NCBI GenBank assembly: GCA_044228445.1
Contig: JBGAUV010000001.1
Coordinates: 15,827 to 79,826 of the forward strand
DNA from: Minisyncoccia bacterium
GTDB lineage: Bacteria > Patescibacteriota > Minisyncoccia > Phycocordibacterales > PALSA-1337
Direction: 5' to 3'
DNA length: 64,000 nucleotides
The notes beneath the pieces are model-generated. The model saw only the letters and a list, made by a program, of their open reading frames with translations. It did no database searches and was not told where the DNA came from. Each line of letters opens with the position of its first letter. The first letter of the stretch is position 1. Shown here piece after piece: positions 50,015 to 59,401 of this stretch. A program made the translations under genes and the position numbers.

Positions 50015-50584
50015 ATGCTTATACCAACCGTAATAGAAAAGACCAATTTTGGCGAAAGAGCATATGACATTTATTCACGATTACTAAAGGAAAACATCAT
50101 TTTCCTAGGTGGTCCTATAGATGATCATGTTGCTAATATTATTATTGCTCAGCTTCTTTTTCTTCAGTCAGAAGACCCAAAGAAGGATATAAACCTGTAC
50201 ATAAACTCTCCAGGAGGTTCTGTAACAGCTACATTGGCAATAATAGACACAATGAATCATATTAAAAATGATGTATGTACGACTTGTGTGGGTATGGCCG
50301 CTTCAGGTGGTGCCCTTATCCTTTCAGCAGGACAAAAAGGAAAAAGATATGCCCTTTCAAATTCAGAGGTTATGATACATCAACCACTTGGAGGTGCAGA
50401 GGGACAAGCATCAGATATAGAGATTAGCGCAAGACATATTATAAAAATGCGTGAAAATATAAATAAAATGCTTGCAAAGAATACAGGGCAGTCATTATCA
50501 AAAATCGAAAAAGACGTAGACAGAGATTTCTTTATGGATGCAGAAGAGGCTAAAAAATACGGAATAATCGACAAAGTTCTCTAA
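50015..50584 (+). CDS. clpP: ATP-dependent Clp protease proteolytic subunit
   Basis: Catalytic-site context ...GMAASGGA... (Ser), ...MIHQPLGG... (His); start moved to MLIPTVIEK. Confidence 0.9.
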   Translation: MLIPTVIEKTNFGERAYDIYSRLLKENIIFLGGPIDDHVANIIIAQLLFLQSEDPKKDINLYINSPGGSVTATLAIIDTMNHIKNDVCTTCVGMAASGGALILSAGQKGKRYALSNSEVMIHQPLGGAEGQASDIEISARHIIKMRENINKMLAKNTGQSLSKIEKDVDRDFFMDAEEAKKYGIIDKVL

Positions 50585-50596
50585 AATAACAAAATT

Positions 50597-52126
50597 ATGT
50601 CACTTAAACTAGTCGCACTACTCCTTTCTATAGCAGGGGTTGCTGGTCTTGCGATAGGATACTATCTACGTTTAATCATTTCTCTTGGTAAAAAGGGTTC
50701 CATGGAACTTGAAATCAAAGAAATGCTCTTAACAGCAAAAGAAGAAGGAAAAAAGATAGTCTCTGCATCAGAAGAAAAAGCTAACTCTATATTAGAAGAA
50801 GCTAGAAGAGAGATAAAAGAAAAAGAAGAAAAAATACAACAAACTGAATCCCGCCTTATAAAAAAGGAGGATCTTTTGGATAAAAGACAGATTGATATCG
50901 ATAAAGAAGTAGAAATAATAAAAAGTCGTGTTGCTGAAATAAAAACAATAAAGGATAAAGTAGATAAAATGGAAATCGAGAGACTACAAATACTTGAAAA
51001 AGTATCAAATATGTCTCAAGAAGAAGCAAAAAATGAAATTATAAAGAATATAGAAAAGAATCATACTGAAGATTTGATGGTTAGAATTCAGAAACTCGAA
51101 CAAAATGGCGAAGATATTCTTGAAAATAAAGCAAAAGATATACTAGCCACATCTATTCAAAGATTAGCAAATTCTGTTGCTTCAGATGTAATGTCTACAT
51201 CAGTAAACATACCAAATGACGAAATTAAAGGAAAAATAATAGGAAAAGAAGGAAGAAATATCAAAGCTTTTGAAAGAATGTCTGGGGTTGAAATAATTGT
51301 TGATGATACACCAGGAAATATAACCATATCATCATTTGATCCAATACGTCGTCATGTCGCTAAAATGGCTCTAGAAGAGTTAATAAAGGATGGACGTATA
51401 CAACCAGCAAAAATAGAAAAAGCAATTGAAGAAGCTCAAAATAACATAAATAAAACTATAAAAGAAAAGGGTGAACAGGCTGCTTATGAATGCGGGGTTA
51501 TTGGTTTGGACCCAAGAATACTACTTATACTAGGTAGATTACATTTCCGTACTAGTTATGGACAAAATGTATTACAGCATTCTATAGAAATGAGCCATAT
51601 TGCTGGAATGATAGCAGAAGAAATCGGAGCAAATGTAGCAGTGGCAAAAGCCGGGGCATTACTGCACGATATTGGAAAAGCTTTGGATCATGAAGTTGTA
51701 GGTACACATGTAGAAATAGGTAGAAGAATATTGCAAAAGTTTGGTGCTAATGAAGAAATAGTGAAAGCTATGCAAGCACATCATGAAGAATATCCTTATG
51801 AAACACCAGAATCACGTATAGTACAAGCAGCAGATGCAATATCAGGAGCAAGACCAGGAGCTAGAAGTGATAGTATTGAAAACTATTTAAAGAGACTTGG
51901 AGATCTAGAAGCAATTGCAAACGCTTTCCCTGCTGTAGAAAAATCATATGCCCTTCAAGCAGGACGAGAAATAAGAATATTTGTTAAGCCAGAAAATATA
52001 AATGATATTGAATCAAAGAAACTTGCAAGAGATATAGCTATAAAAATTGAAAAGGATCTAAAATACCCAGGAGAGATAAAAGTAACGGTGATTAGAGAGA
52101 CAAGAGCAATAGAATTTGCCAGATAG
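50597..52126 (+). CDS. rny: Ribonuclease Y
   Basis: N-terminal TM, coiled-coil, KH domain (IIGKEGRNI) and HD domain (LLHDIGK). Confidence 0.9.
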   Translation: MSLKLVALLLSIAGVAGLAIGYYLRLIISLGKKGSMELEIKEMLLTAKEEGKKIVSASEEKANSILEEARREIKEKEEKIQQTESRLIKKEDLLDKRQIDIDKEVEIIKSRVAEIKTIKDKVDKMEIERLQILEKVSNMSQEEAKNEIIKNIEKNHTEDLMVRIQKLEQNGEDILENKAKDILATSIQRLANSVASDVMSTSVNIPNDEIKGKIIGKEGRNIKAFERMSGVEIIVDDTPGNITISSFDPIRRHVAKMALEELIKDGRIQPAKIEKAIEEAQNNINKTIKEKGEQAAYECGVIGLDPRILLILGRLHFRTSYGQNVLQHSIEMSHIAGMIAEEIGANVAVAKAGALLHDIGKALDHEVVGTHVEIGRRILQKFGANEEIVKAMQAHHEEYPYETPESRIVQAADAISGARPGARSDSIENYLKRLGDLEAIANAFPAVEKSYALQAGREIRIFVKPENINDIESKKLARDIAIKIEKDLKYPGEIKVTVIRETRAIEFAR

Positions 52127-52252
52127 TAAAGTATTGTTTCATCATTTTAGCCCTATTGCGCTAAATTATACACAATATATAATTATACCGAGGTTACAAG
52201 CTTTGGTATTTATAACCGAAGAAAAAATTATTACTATTAATCATAATTAAAT

Positions 52253-52525
52253 ATGAATAAAGCAGGAATTGTAGATGCAGTTCACGCAGTATTAGGAGGA
52301 ACAAAGGTTCAAGCAGAGCAAGCTGTAGAAACTATGATAAATTCTATAGTTGAATCTCTAAAGAAAGGGGAAGAAGTATCTATAGCAGGTCTAGGTATAT
52401 TCTCAGTAAAACAGAGAGCAGCTAGAGATGCTAGAAACCCAAGAACTGGAGAAACTATAAAGGTTCCAGCCATGAATGTTCCAAAGTTTCGTGCTGCTAA
52501 GGCTCTAAAAGATCTAGTAAAATAA
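52253..52525 (+). CDS. hup: HU family DNA-binding protein
   Basis: ...GFG.F.V..R.AR.GRNP.TGE.I.I.A... HU signature; 90 aa. Confidence 0.9.
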   Translation: MNKAGIVDAVHAVLGGTKVQAEQAVETMINSIVESLKKGEEVSIAGLGIFSVKQRAARDARNPRTGETIKVPAMNVPKFRAAKALKDLVK

Positions 52526-52542
52526 AAAAGTCTAGACAAAAC

Positions 52543-52571
52543 AAAAAACCGCATATAGCGGTTTTTTGTTT
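52543..52571. terminator. Terminator hairpin aaccgc-atata-gcggtt plus T-run (bidirectional)
   Basis: Read directly. Confidence 0.5.
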
Positions 52572-52577
52572 TGAAAA

Positions 52578-53333
52578 CTAGTAATAGTATATATTCTCTT
52601 CAGTTCTGTCATATATATCTTTTTCTACAAGACTATTTTGTTGCTTACCATATATTTCATAATATATCTCTTTAATAAAATCTTTTTGTTTATATAGATA
52701 AAATTCATTTACTTCCCCTTCTATTTTTACCATATTATTTACAGGTAATATGTTTTCTGTTATCACAGAAGATAAATTTAGAATAGTAAAACTTAAATTA
52801 TTATTAGAACTTAACATTTTATCTATATATTTCTTAACATTATCAAATATATCCCACCATTTATCATATTTAATCTTATAATACTTATCTTTTAAAATAC
52901 CAAAAAATACCACTTTTACCTTTTTATTTGACCTAGATAAAAAATTAACCATTGAAACAAAACTCTTATAACTCAGTTCTTCGATCATATCTTCAACCTC
53001 ATCATCACTAGTGTATATTTTATTAATATGCTTTACAGATGCTAATTCTAAAGGATATACACCTAGAGCATGTATATATATTATGCTATCTGAACCATTG
53101 CTATTTATAATATTAGATATATTATTACAATTCTCTTCATTTGATGTATCACCTATTGAGACTATATTTACAAATTTATTGAATTCTAAGCCTCTAATTT
53201 TATCTTTCACGCCTTGTCCTTCATTATACAAACCACAAATTTTATATCCATTCTCATTAAAAATGTATGCTAAACCTGTACCTATAAGTCCTTCAACTCC
53301 ATTTATTATTACAAGAGGTTTTTCTTCCATCAA
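52578..53333 (-). CDS. Hypothetical protein (Rossmann-like glycine-rich N-terminus), unknown function
   Basis: VIINGVEGLIGTGLAY... no assignable family. Confidence 0.4.
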   Translation of the reverse strand: MMEEKPLVIINGVEGLIGTGLAYIFNENGYKICGLYNEGQGVKDKIRGLEFNKFVNIVSIGDTSNEENCNNISNIINSNGSDSIIYIHALGVYPLELASVKHINKIYTSDDEVEDMIEELSYKSFVSMVNFLSRSNKKVKVVFFGILKDKYYKIKYDKWWDIFDNVKKYIDKMLSSNNNLSFTILNLSSVITENILPVNNMVKIEGEVNEFYLYKQKDFIKEIYYEIYGKQQNSLVEKDIYDRTEENIYYY

Positions 53334-53336
53334 TTT

Positions 53337-53410
53337 TGGTGCGGGACGGGGGAGTCGAACCCCCCACCACAGTTTGGAAAACTGTTATTTTACCGATAAA
53401 CTAGTCCCGC
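53337..53410 (-). tRNA. tRNA-Trp (anticodon CCA), 3' CCA genomically encoded
   Basis: rc folds as a cloverleaf: acceptor GCGGGAC/GTCCCGC, anticodon stem CAGTT/AACTG with loop TTCCAAA, T-arm GGGGG-TTCGACT-CCCCC, ends ...ACCA. Confidence 0.85.
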
Positions 53411-53465
53411 ATATAAAATATCAACACGGTTATACTATCAAGAATTTTGTTTTTTCGCTACTCCC

Positions 53466-54830
53466 CTATTTTGGATCGAATATTGATGGTCTAACTTTAT
53501 CACCAGCAATAATTTTTGATATTCTCCTACCACCAAGAACAGAAGGGATAATACCAATTCCATTACAACCAAGATTGTACAATAATACCCTATTTTTAGG
53601 TTCTTCACCTATTAATCTAATACGATTTGGTGTATAACCCATAAGTCCGTGCCAAGTAAAATCATAATCAATTTTTTTATTTGGATAAGCATCATATTCC
53701 TTTTTAATAAAATCGTCTATATCTTGTTGAATTTTATCAGAATATTCAAAGTCGTATACGTACTCTTTTCGATCTTCTATCTCAAACTCTGGACCACCGA
53801 CACAAATTAAATTATGTTTATCGTCATTTATTTCATGAGGTCTTCTTGTTAGATAATAATAAGGATCTGGTTTATCACTATATGGGTCATTTTTTTCAGT
53901 AAAATAAGATATTGCTGCTGCCTGCTTATTCATTTTCTCCAAATACCCTGACATATAACCAACCCTACCATTAACTAGATGGTGAAATTTTTTATCTATC
54001 GCCAAACCGTCTTCATTAAATATTTCAATTTTTTCAAAACCATTTGTACACAAAATTACTCTTCCTGCCTCTATAACATATTTGTCTGCATCCAATAAAG
54101 AATGGCCTTTTTTTAAAATAGTCTTAACTATATGGGTATTTTCGTATAAAGAAAATCTTTGTGGATATTTTTTTAATAGATATTTAACAACATCCTGACA
54201 AAAAAGTGCTGAATTCATGCAAGCAGCTTGTTCTGTGGTTACAGCATAAAAATTACCGTCTTTTGTTTCAAGCCTATTTAAAACTTCCTCATGCGGAACA
54301 ATTTTATAAAAATTAGATAGAGTTTTTGGTAAAATGTTTAAAAAAGGTGCATTTTCACTAATCATTATTTCATTTACATTCAATCCAGACAATCTTTCAA
54401 TCTCAATATCTTTAATGGCCAATAATACTTGAGACAAACTAGAATAACCTCTTGCTCCAGATATTCTAGAAAAAGATATGCTTAAATTTGAATCTGTGTA
54501 AATTTCATCTATTAATGTCCAACCTGATTGCAAGTCTTGCAATGCTTGTTTAGTCATATCAAAACCAAATTCATTGACAATCTTCTCTAAAGGCCTTTCA
54601 AAACGTGCTATAACTTGCCCTGCATTATGCCCTGTTGCTCCGTGTGCTAACTTACCCTGATCTAATACTACAACTTTCTTATTTGTATATTTCAAAATAA
54701 AGAAAGCGGTAGATATACCTGCAATACCTGCACCAACAATTGCAATATCGGTATCGATATCTTTATCAAGTGGTATAGGTTTTCTTTCTGGATCAAGTTG
54801 ATGTATCCAGGGAGATTTATTTATTTTCAT
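53466..54830 (-). CDS. FAD-dependent oxidoreductase (DAO-like family)
   Basis: N-terminal dinucleotide-binding motif IAIVGAGIAGISTAF...VLD. Confidence 0.6.
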   Translation of the reverse strand: MKINKSPWIHQLDPERKPIPLDKDIDTDIAIVGAGIAGISTAFFILKYTNKKVVVLDQGKLAHGATGHNAGQVIARFERPLEKIVNEFGFDMTKQALQDLQSGWTLIDEIYTDSNLSISFSRISGARGYSSLSQVLLAIKDIEIERLSGLNVNEIMISENAPFLNILPKTLSNFYKIVPHEEVLNRLETKDGNFYAVTTEQAACMNSALFCQDVVKYLLKKYPQRFSLYENTHIVKTILKKGHSLLDADKYVIEAGRVILCTNGFEKIEIFNEDGLAIDKKFHHLVNGRVGYMSGYLEKMNKQAAAISYFTEKNDPYSDKPDPYYYLTRRPHEINDDKHNLICVGGPEFEIEDRKEYVYDFEYSDKIQQDIDDFIKKEYDAYPNKKIDYDFTWHGLMGYTPNRIRLIGEEPKNRVLLYNLGCNGIGIIPSVLGGRRISKIIAGDKVRPSIFDPK

Positions 54831-54927
54831 TTCCCTTCTATTTTACATCATAAAAGTTCAAGACCAAAATATTAAACAGAAACTCTGCTAAATACTAAAT
54901 AAATTACAGATGATATAAAAACAAATG

Positions 54928-55000
54928 TCGGAGTGCCGGGATTCGAACCCGGAGTCGCCTGTTCCCAAAACAGGAATGTTAACCGTTACACCACACTCCG
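54928..55000 (-). tRNA. tRNA-Pro (anticodon TGG), no encoded CCA
   Basis: rc: acceptor CGGAGTG/CACTCCG, anticodon stem CCTGT/ACAGG with loop TTTGGGA, T-arm CCGGG-TTCGAAT-CCCGG. Confidence 0.8.
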
Positions 55001-55022
55001 ATATAAAACATCCTACAAAAAG

Positions 55023-55397
55023 CTATAATATCACATTTTCCATAAAAGACACTTTTGCTAGTCTAGTATTTGTGTTCATATAAACACAAGCAATATGGAA
55101 TTGAAACTCTATATCCAGTCCATATTTCATTTCAATCATATATGTTTGTATTACTCTTTTAAGTCTTTTTTGTTTCAATTCATGGACATTTTCTTCTGGC
55201 CTATAATTCCCTGTCCCATTTATACTCTTTACTTCGATAAAATGCAAAATACCCTTTTTACTAGCCACAATATCTATTTCTCCCCACTTTTTTGCATAAT
55301 TCCTGTCTATTATAAGAAAATTGTTCTTTATAAGATATTTACATGCAATATCTTCACCTATACGGCCTATTTCTTTGCTATTTTTATTTTTTTCCAC
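55023..55397 (-). CDS. yraN: YraN/UPF0102 family endonuclease-like protein
   Basis: GE.IA..YL...G..I..RN....GEIDIVA......HF.EVK pattern typical of UPF0102. Confidence 0.65.
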   Translation of the reverse strand: MEKNKNSKEIGRIGEDIACKYLIKNNFLIIDRNYAKKWGEIDIVASKKGILHFIEVKSINGTGNYRPEENVHELKQKRLKRVIQTYMIEMKYGLDIEFQFHIACVYMNTNTRLAKVSFMENVIL

Positions 55398-55477
55398 AAT
55401 TTTATTAACACTGTATTAGGTCATAAACAAAGGTCAGAGACACGATTATAAGCCATATTTTCTGTCTCTTATAAACA

Positions 55478-55508
55478 CTATCCACAAAGTTATCCACAGT
55501 TATACACA
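55478..55508. promoter_or_regulatory. Three tandem DnaA-box-like 9-mers in helical phase (CTATCCACA, TTATCCACA perfect, TTATACACA)
   Basis: Starts at 55478, 55490, 55500; consensus TTATCCACA; between tRNA-Gly and yraN. Confidence 0.4.
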
Positions 55509-55537
55509 ATTGTCCTTGTAGATACGAAACTGAAATG

Positions 55538-55608
55538 AAACAAAATGTGCGGGTAAGGAGAATCGAACTCCTACCTCATCCTTGGCAAGGACGTGTCCTA
55601 CCACTAAA
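55538..55608 (-). tRNA. tRNA-Gly (anticodon GCC), no encoded CCA
   Basis: rc: acceptor GCGGGTA/TACCCGC, anticodon stem CGTCC/GGATG with loop TTGCCAA, T-arm AGGAG-TTCGATT-CTCCT. Confidence 0.8.
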
Positions 55609-55694
55609 CGATACCCGCAAATAAACTTAACAAGTTAAATATAATATTTTATTGCAAAAAAATCCACTATTTTAAATATAAAACTAATATTTTG

Positions 55695-55766
55695 TGCTTC
55701 CGGAGGGACTCGAACCCCCAACAACGGTTCCGAAGACCGGTATGATATCCATTTCACCACGGAAGC
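55695..55766 (-). tRNA. tRNA-Arg (anticodon TCG), no encoded CCA
   Basis: rc: acceptor GCTTCCG/CGGAAGC, anticodon loop CTTCGGA (one mismatch in anticodon stem), T-arm GGGGG-TTCGAGT-CCCTC; TTGGCA-17-TATTAT promoter ends 7 nt before the 5' end. Confidence 0.7.
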
Positions 55767-55772
55767 ATTAAC

Positions 55773-56435
55773 CTAACCATAATACTTTATTAACATCTTT
55801 TGCCAAGCTAATACCTTTAAAATAATACTAACATCATTATACATCACTGACATTATTCCTTTAGTGTGATCGCCCTTTTTTGAGTCATTATCCCCTCTTT
55901 TATATGCATATACCTTAATACTTTCTTCAGGTATATCCAAATACTGTGACCAGAAATCAACAGTATTAACATAATCATCATTTAATCCTAAATAAATTTT
56001 AAACTTTAGCTTTTCTTTATCTATTGAAAGGTATTTATTCATCCAAACTAGCATTATTTTATGAATTTCAGGGTTTTTATGTGTGAAACTATAGTAATTT
56101 GATGTTTTATTACCATGACCTTCATATAAACCTAGTCCGTAACAGAACATTGCTTCGTTCACAAAACCTAAGAAAATCTTATTAGCTTGTTCGTATAAAG
56201 TCTTATCCGCAAAGACCTTTCTAGATCTAATACTGATTTTTGACTTCATTCTCCCCTTTTCTACCCTATTCTTTGTATTCTCTTTTATGATAGCAAGTTC
56301 ACTTTCAGTAAGTTTATAATTCTTCAACCACAAAGAAACACTGGATTTTGAAATACCAAGTTCACTACTTATTTGAGTATAAGTTTTCCCTTCTCTTCTT
56401 AAAAGTATTGCTTTATCTCTATTTCGAATAGACAT
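55773..56435 (-). CDS. HTH-domain protein (IS630/resolvase-type N-terminal HTH) of unknown function; possible degenerate LAGLIDADG-like segment
   Basis: ILLRREGKTYTQISSELGISKSSVSLWLKNY HTH; YGLGLYEGHG vaguely resembles LAGLIDADG; start moved to MSIRNRDK. Confidence 0.4.
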   Translation of the reverse strand: MSIRNRDKAILLRREGKTYTQISSELGISKSSVSLWLKNYKLTESELAIIKENTKNRVEKGRMKSKISIRSRKVFADKTLYEQANKIFLGFVNEAMFCYGLGLYEGHGNKTSNYYSFTHKNPEIHKIMLVWMNKYLSIDKEKLKFKIYLGLNDDYVNTVDFWSQYLDIPEESIKVYAYKRGDNDSKKGDHTKGIMSVMYNDVSIILKVLAWQKMLIKYYG

Positions 56436-56505
56436 ATTGTAATTATATAATAGCATATATATGTACAATATTGAAATTTATTGAGTAAAATGCTAGACTT
56501 TTCAC

Positions 56506-57999
56506 ATGAAACATACTCAATTATTAAATGAGGTTATACCTGCTGAGGTGGTAAGTGCTATAGAGACACTAGAAAAGGGTGGTTTTGAAGCATATCTAGT
56601 GGGTGGTTGTGTAAGAGATATATTACTTGGTAGGGAACCAAAAGACTGGGATATAACTACAAATGCTAAACCAGAACAAATAATCCCATTATTCAAAAAA
56701 ACTTTCTATGAAAACAGCTTTGGAACCGTAGCTGTAGTGAATGAAGATACAAAAAATGAAAAACTAAAAGTAATTGAGATAACTCCATATAGAATAGAAG
56801 GGAAGTATAGTGATTTTAGACACCCAGATGAAATTAAATTTGGAGAAAGTATAGAACAAGATCTAAAGAGAAGAGACTTCACAGTAAATGCAATGGCAAT
56901 GAGTTTATCAAATGGGTCTATAAAGGACATAATTGATTTATACGGTGGTTTAAAGGACATAAAGGACAAAGTACTCAGATCAGTAGGTGAAGCGTCACTA
57001 CGCTTCAATGAAGACGCTTTAAGGATGATGCGTGCTGGTCGCTTAGCAACAGAACTTGGTTTCACGTTAAACATTGATACTGAAAAGGCTATAAATAAGG
57101 ATAAAATACTTTTAAAACAGATATCTAGTGAGAGAATTAGAGATGAATTTGTTAAAATTTTAATGTCTAAACAACCTAAAGAGGGAATTGATACTTTGTA
57201 CAGACTAGGAATACTTGAAATTATACTACCTGAACTTCATAAAGCTAAGGGTGTTACACAAAATCAAGCGCATGCTTATGATGTATATGAACACCTATTG
57301 AGAAGTCTCCAGCATGCAGCGGATAAGGATTGGCCTATTGAAATAAGGCTTTCAGCTCTATTTCATGATATATCAAAGCCTGAGACAAAGAGATTTTCAC
57401 GTGAAACTGGTCAAATTACATTCTATAACCATGAAGTTGTAGGTTCACGTGTAACAAAAGCAATACTGGAAAGGATGAAGTTTCCAACGAAAACAATAGA
57501 TAAGGTATGTACAATGATAAGATGGCATATGTTTTTCTCTGATACGGAAACAATAACACTATCCGCAGTAAGAAGAATGATAAACAACGTAGGTAAAGAT
57601 AATATATGGGATTTAATGAATTTACGTATATGTGACCGCATAGGAACTGGAAGGCCCAAAGAAAACCCTTATAGATTAAGGAAGTATAAAGCTATGGTAG
57701 AACAAGCTATGCACGATCCAATAAGTGTGGGAATGCTTAAGATAGATGGAAAGGGGATAATGGAAGTTACACATGAAACTCCTGGACCAAAAATTGGTTA
57801 TATATTAAATGCTTTATTAGAAGAGGTTTTAGACAAACCAGAACTAAATACAACTGATTATTTGAACAATAGAGCCGTAGAATTATCAAAAATGCCTGTA
57901 AAAGAATTAATTGAACTAGGAAATAAGGGTAAAGAGAAGAAAGATAAAATAGAAAAGGGAAGTATTGAGGAAATCAATAAGAAGTATCACGTTCAATAA
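56506..57999 (+). CDS. cca: CCA-adding enzyme / tRNA nucleotidyltransferase with HD domain
   Basis: Pol-beta NTase head (LVGGCVRDILLGREPKDWDITT), HD motif (FHDISKP). Confidence 0.85.
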   Translation: MKHTQLLNEVIPAEVVSAIETLEKGGFEAYLVGGCVRDILLGREPKDWDITTNAKPEQIIPLFKKTFYENSFGTVAVVNEDTKNEKLKVIEITPYRIEGKYSDFRHPDEIKFGESIEQDLKRRDFTVNAMAMSLSNGSIKDIIDLYGGLKDIKDKVLRSVGEASLRFNEDALRMMRAGRLATELGFTLNIDTEKAINKDKILLKQISSERIRDEFVKILMSKQPKEGIDTLYRLGILEIILPELHKAKGVTQNQAHAYDVYEHLLRSLQHAADKDWPIEIRLSALFHDISKPETKRFSRETGQITFYNHEVVGSRVTKAILERMKFPTKTIDKVCTMIRWHMFFSDTETITLSAVRRMINNVGKDNIWDLMNLRICDRIGTGRPKENPYRLRKYKAMVEQAMHDPISVGMLKIDGKGIMEVTHETPGPKIGYILNALLEEVLDKPELNTTDYLNNRAVELSKMPVKELIELGNKGKEKKDKIEKGSIEEINKKYHVQ

Positions 58000-58590
58000 T
58001 AAACTTAATAATTAGTATTATATTAAAAAAGCTAAATATTTAACTCTTGTAATATTATTTCACGTGAAACTGTATATAAAGTAGTAAATATGGCTATAAA
58101 TAAGGCTACAATAAGAAAACCGCGTATGACGTCGATTTCCAGAGGTTACATGAAATCGCATCAAAACGCGGTTTTTAGAGTACATCTGGAAATTGTCAAA
58201 AGAGCTAATGAAGAACTGACCGTCAAGATCGAGCGTGGGAGAAGACGTGATATGCTTCAATAAATTTAGGTGCCACCCAGATAAGGTGACTAGTTGTTAA
58301 TTGTGAAGACAAACGTCTCAAGCCATAGCCCAAACAAGGGCTGCCTTCGGTATTACCTCTACTTGAGGTAATAAAAAAAATAAACAATTTTTCAGATGTA
58401 AAAAACTAAAGAGTACACTACCCATTTTTTTACAAAGAACAATTGTTCGAAAATAATTTTTATCTATTAGATATTTCCTTGGTTTAACCTAACAGATATT
58501 TAACTTTCAAACTGATCTGGGATTATTATAGCAAGTGTAAAAGACATGTAAAGGACATTTAAATAAAAACTGTGGATAAGTCCTTTATAT

Positions 58591-59364
58591 TTATCTGTCC
58601 TTTAAAATAATTTCAATTGGACAATGGTCAGAACCCATTATTTCACTTAGTATTTTTGCTTTTTCTATTTTTTTAAATATTCCTTGTGTTGCAAAAAAAT
58701 AATCAATTCTCCAACCAACATTTCTTTCTCTTGAAAATGTTTTCATATCCCAATATGTATAACAATCTTTTTTATTTGGATTCAAACTTCTCCAAACATC
58801 TATAAAACCATATTGTATAACTTCATCTATCCAGGCTCTCTCTATGGGTAAGAAACCAGTGTTTTTTTCATTTGCTTTTGGTCTAGCCAAGTCTATTTCT
58901 GTATGGGCGGTATTTATATCTCCACAAAATATTACTTCTTTTCCATCTTTCTTATGTTTATTAATAAATTTTAAAAATTCATCGTAAAACTCTAGTTTGT
59001 ATTTAAGTCTGTCTGGACCACTACCTCCATTAGGGAAGTAGGTGTTTATAAGTATGAAATCTTTGAAAAATAGAGCTAGAAATCGTCCTTCTTGATCGTA
59101 TTGGGGTATTCCAAGACCGTATTCAACCTTTTCTGGCTTTATCTTTGTATATATTGCAACTCCACTATATCCTTTTTTTTCTTTTGAATGATCAAAATAT
59201 GCAAAATAACCCTTTGGGTTCCTAGTATTTTCATCCAATTGATCTGGGTGAGACTTTGTTTCTTGTATACAGTATATATCTGGACTTTTCTTTAAAAACC
59301 AATCAAATCCTCCTTTTTTAACATTTGCACGCAAACCGTTCACATTCCAAGATATTATGTTCAT
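58591..59364 (-). CDS. xth: Exodeoxyribonuclease III (AP endonuclease)
   Basis: MNIISWNVNGLRA, ...CIQETK, ...GDHCPI EEP-family signature. Confidence 0.9.
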   Translation of the reverse strand: MNIISWNVNGLRANVKKGGFDWFLKKSPDIYCIQETKSHPDQLDENTRNPKGYFAYFDHSKEKKGYSGVAIYTKIKPEKVEYGLGIPQYDQEGRFLALFFKDFILINTYFPNGGSGPDRLKYKLEFYDEFLKFINKHKKDGKEVIFCGDINTAHTEIDLARPKANEKNTGFLPIERAWIDEVIQYGFIDVWRSLNPNKKDCYTYWDMKTFSRERNVGWRIDYFFATQGIFKKIEKAKILSEIMGSDHCPIEIILKDR

Positions 59365-59401
59365 GAGGAAATAATATCATATATGATAAATAAAACACTT
59401 A

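Noticed and set aside
53011-53637. 208-aa plus-strand ORF
   Set aside because: It runs antisense across the end of the 251-aa gene and tRNA-Trp and into the oxidoreductase gene. It is a shadow ORF.
55458-55474. CTGTCTCTTATAAACAC resembling the Tn5 mosaic end (CTGTCTCTTATACACATCT)
   Set aside because: No inverted partner and no transposase gene. It diverges after 12 nt.
58126-58185. aaccgcg...cgcggtt hairpin plus TTTT as a terminator for cca
   Set aside because: It is 125 bp downstream of the cca stop and has a 40-nt loop. This is more likely part of a structured element than a simple terminator. It is kept as part of the 58000..58590 finding.
58060-58260. 66-aa minus-strand ORF in the cca-xth spacer
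   Set aside because: No RBS and low-complexity translation. The spacer is better treated as noncoding.
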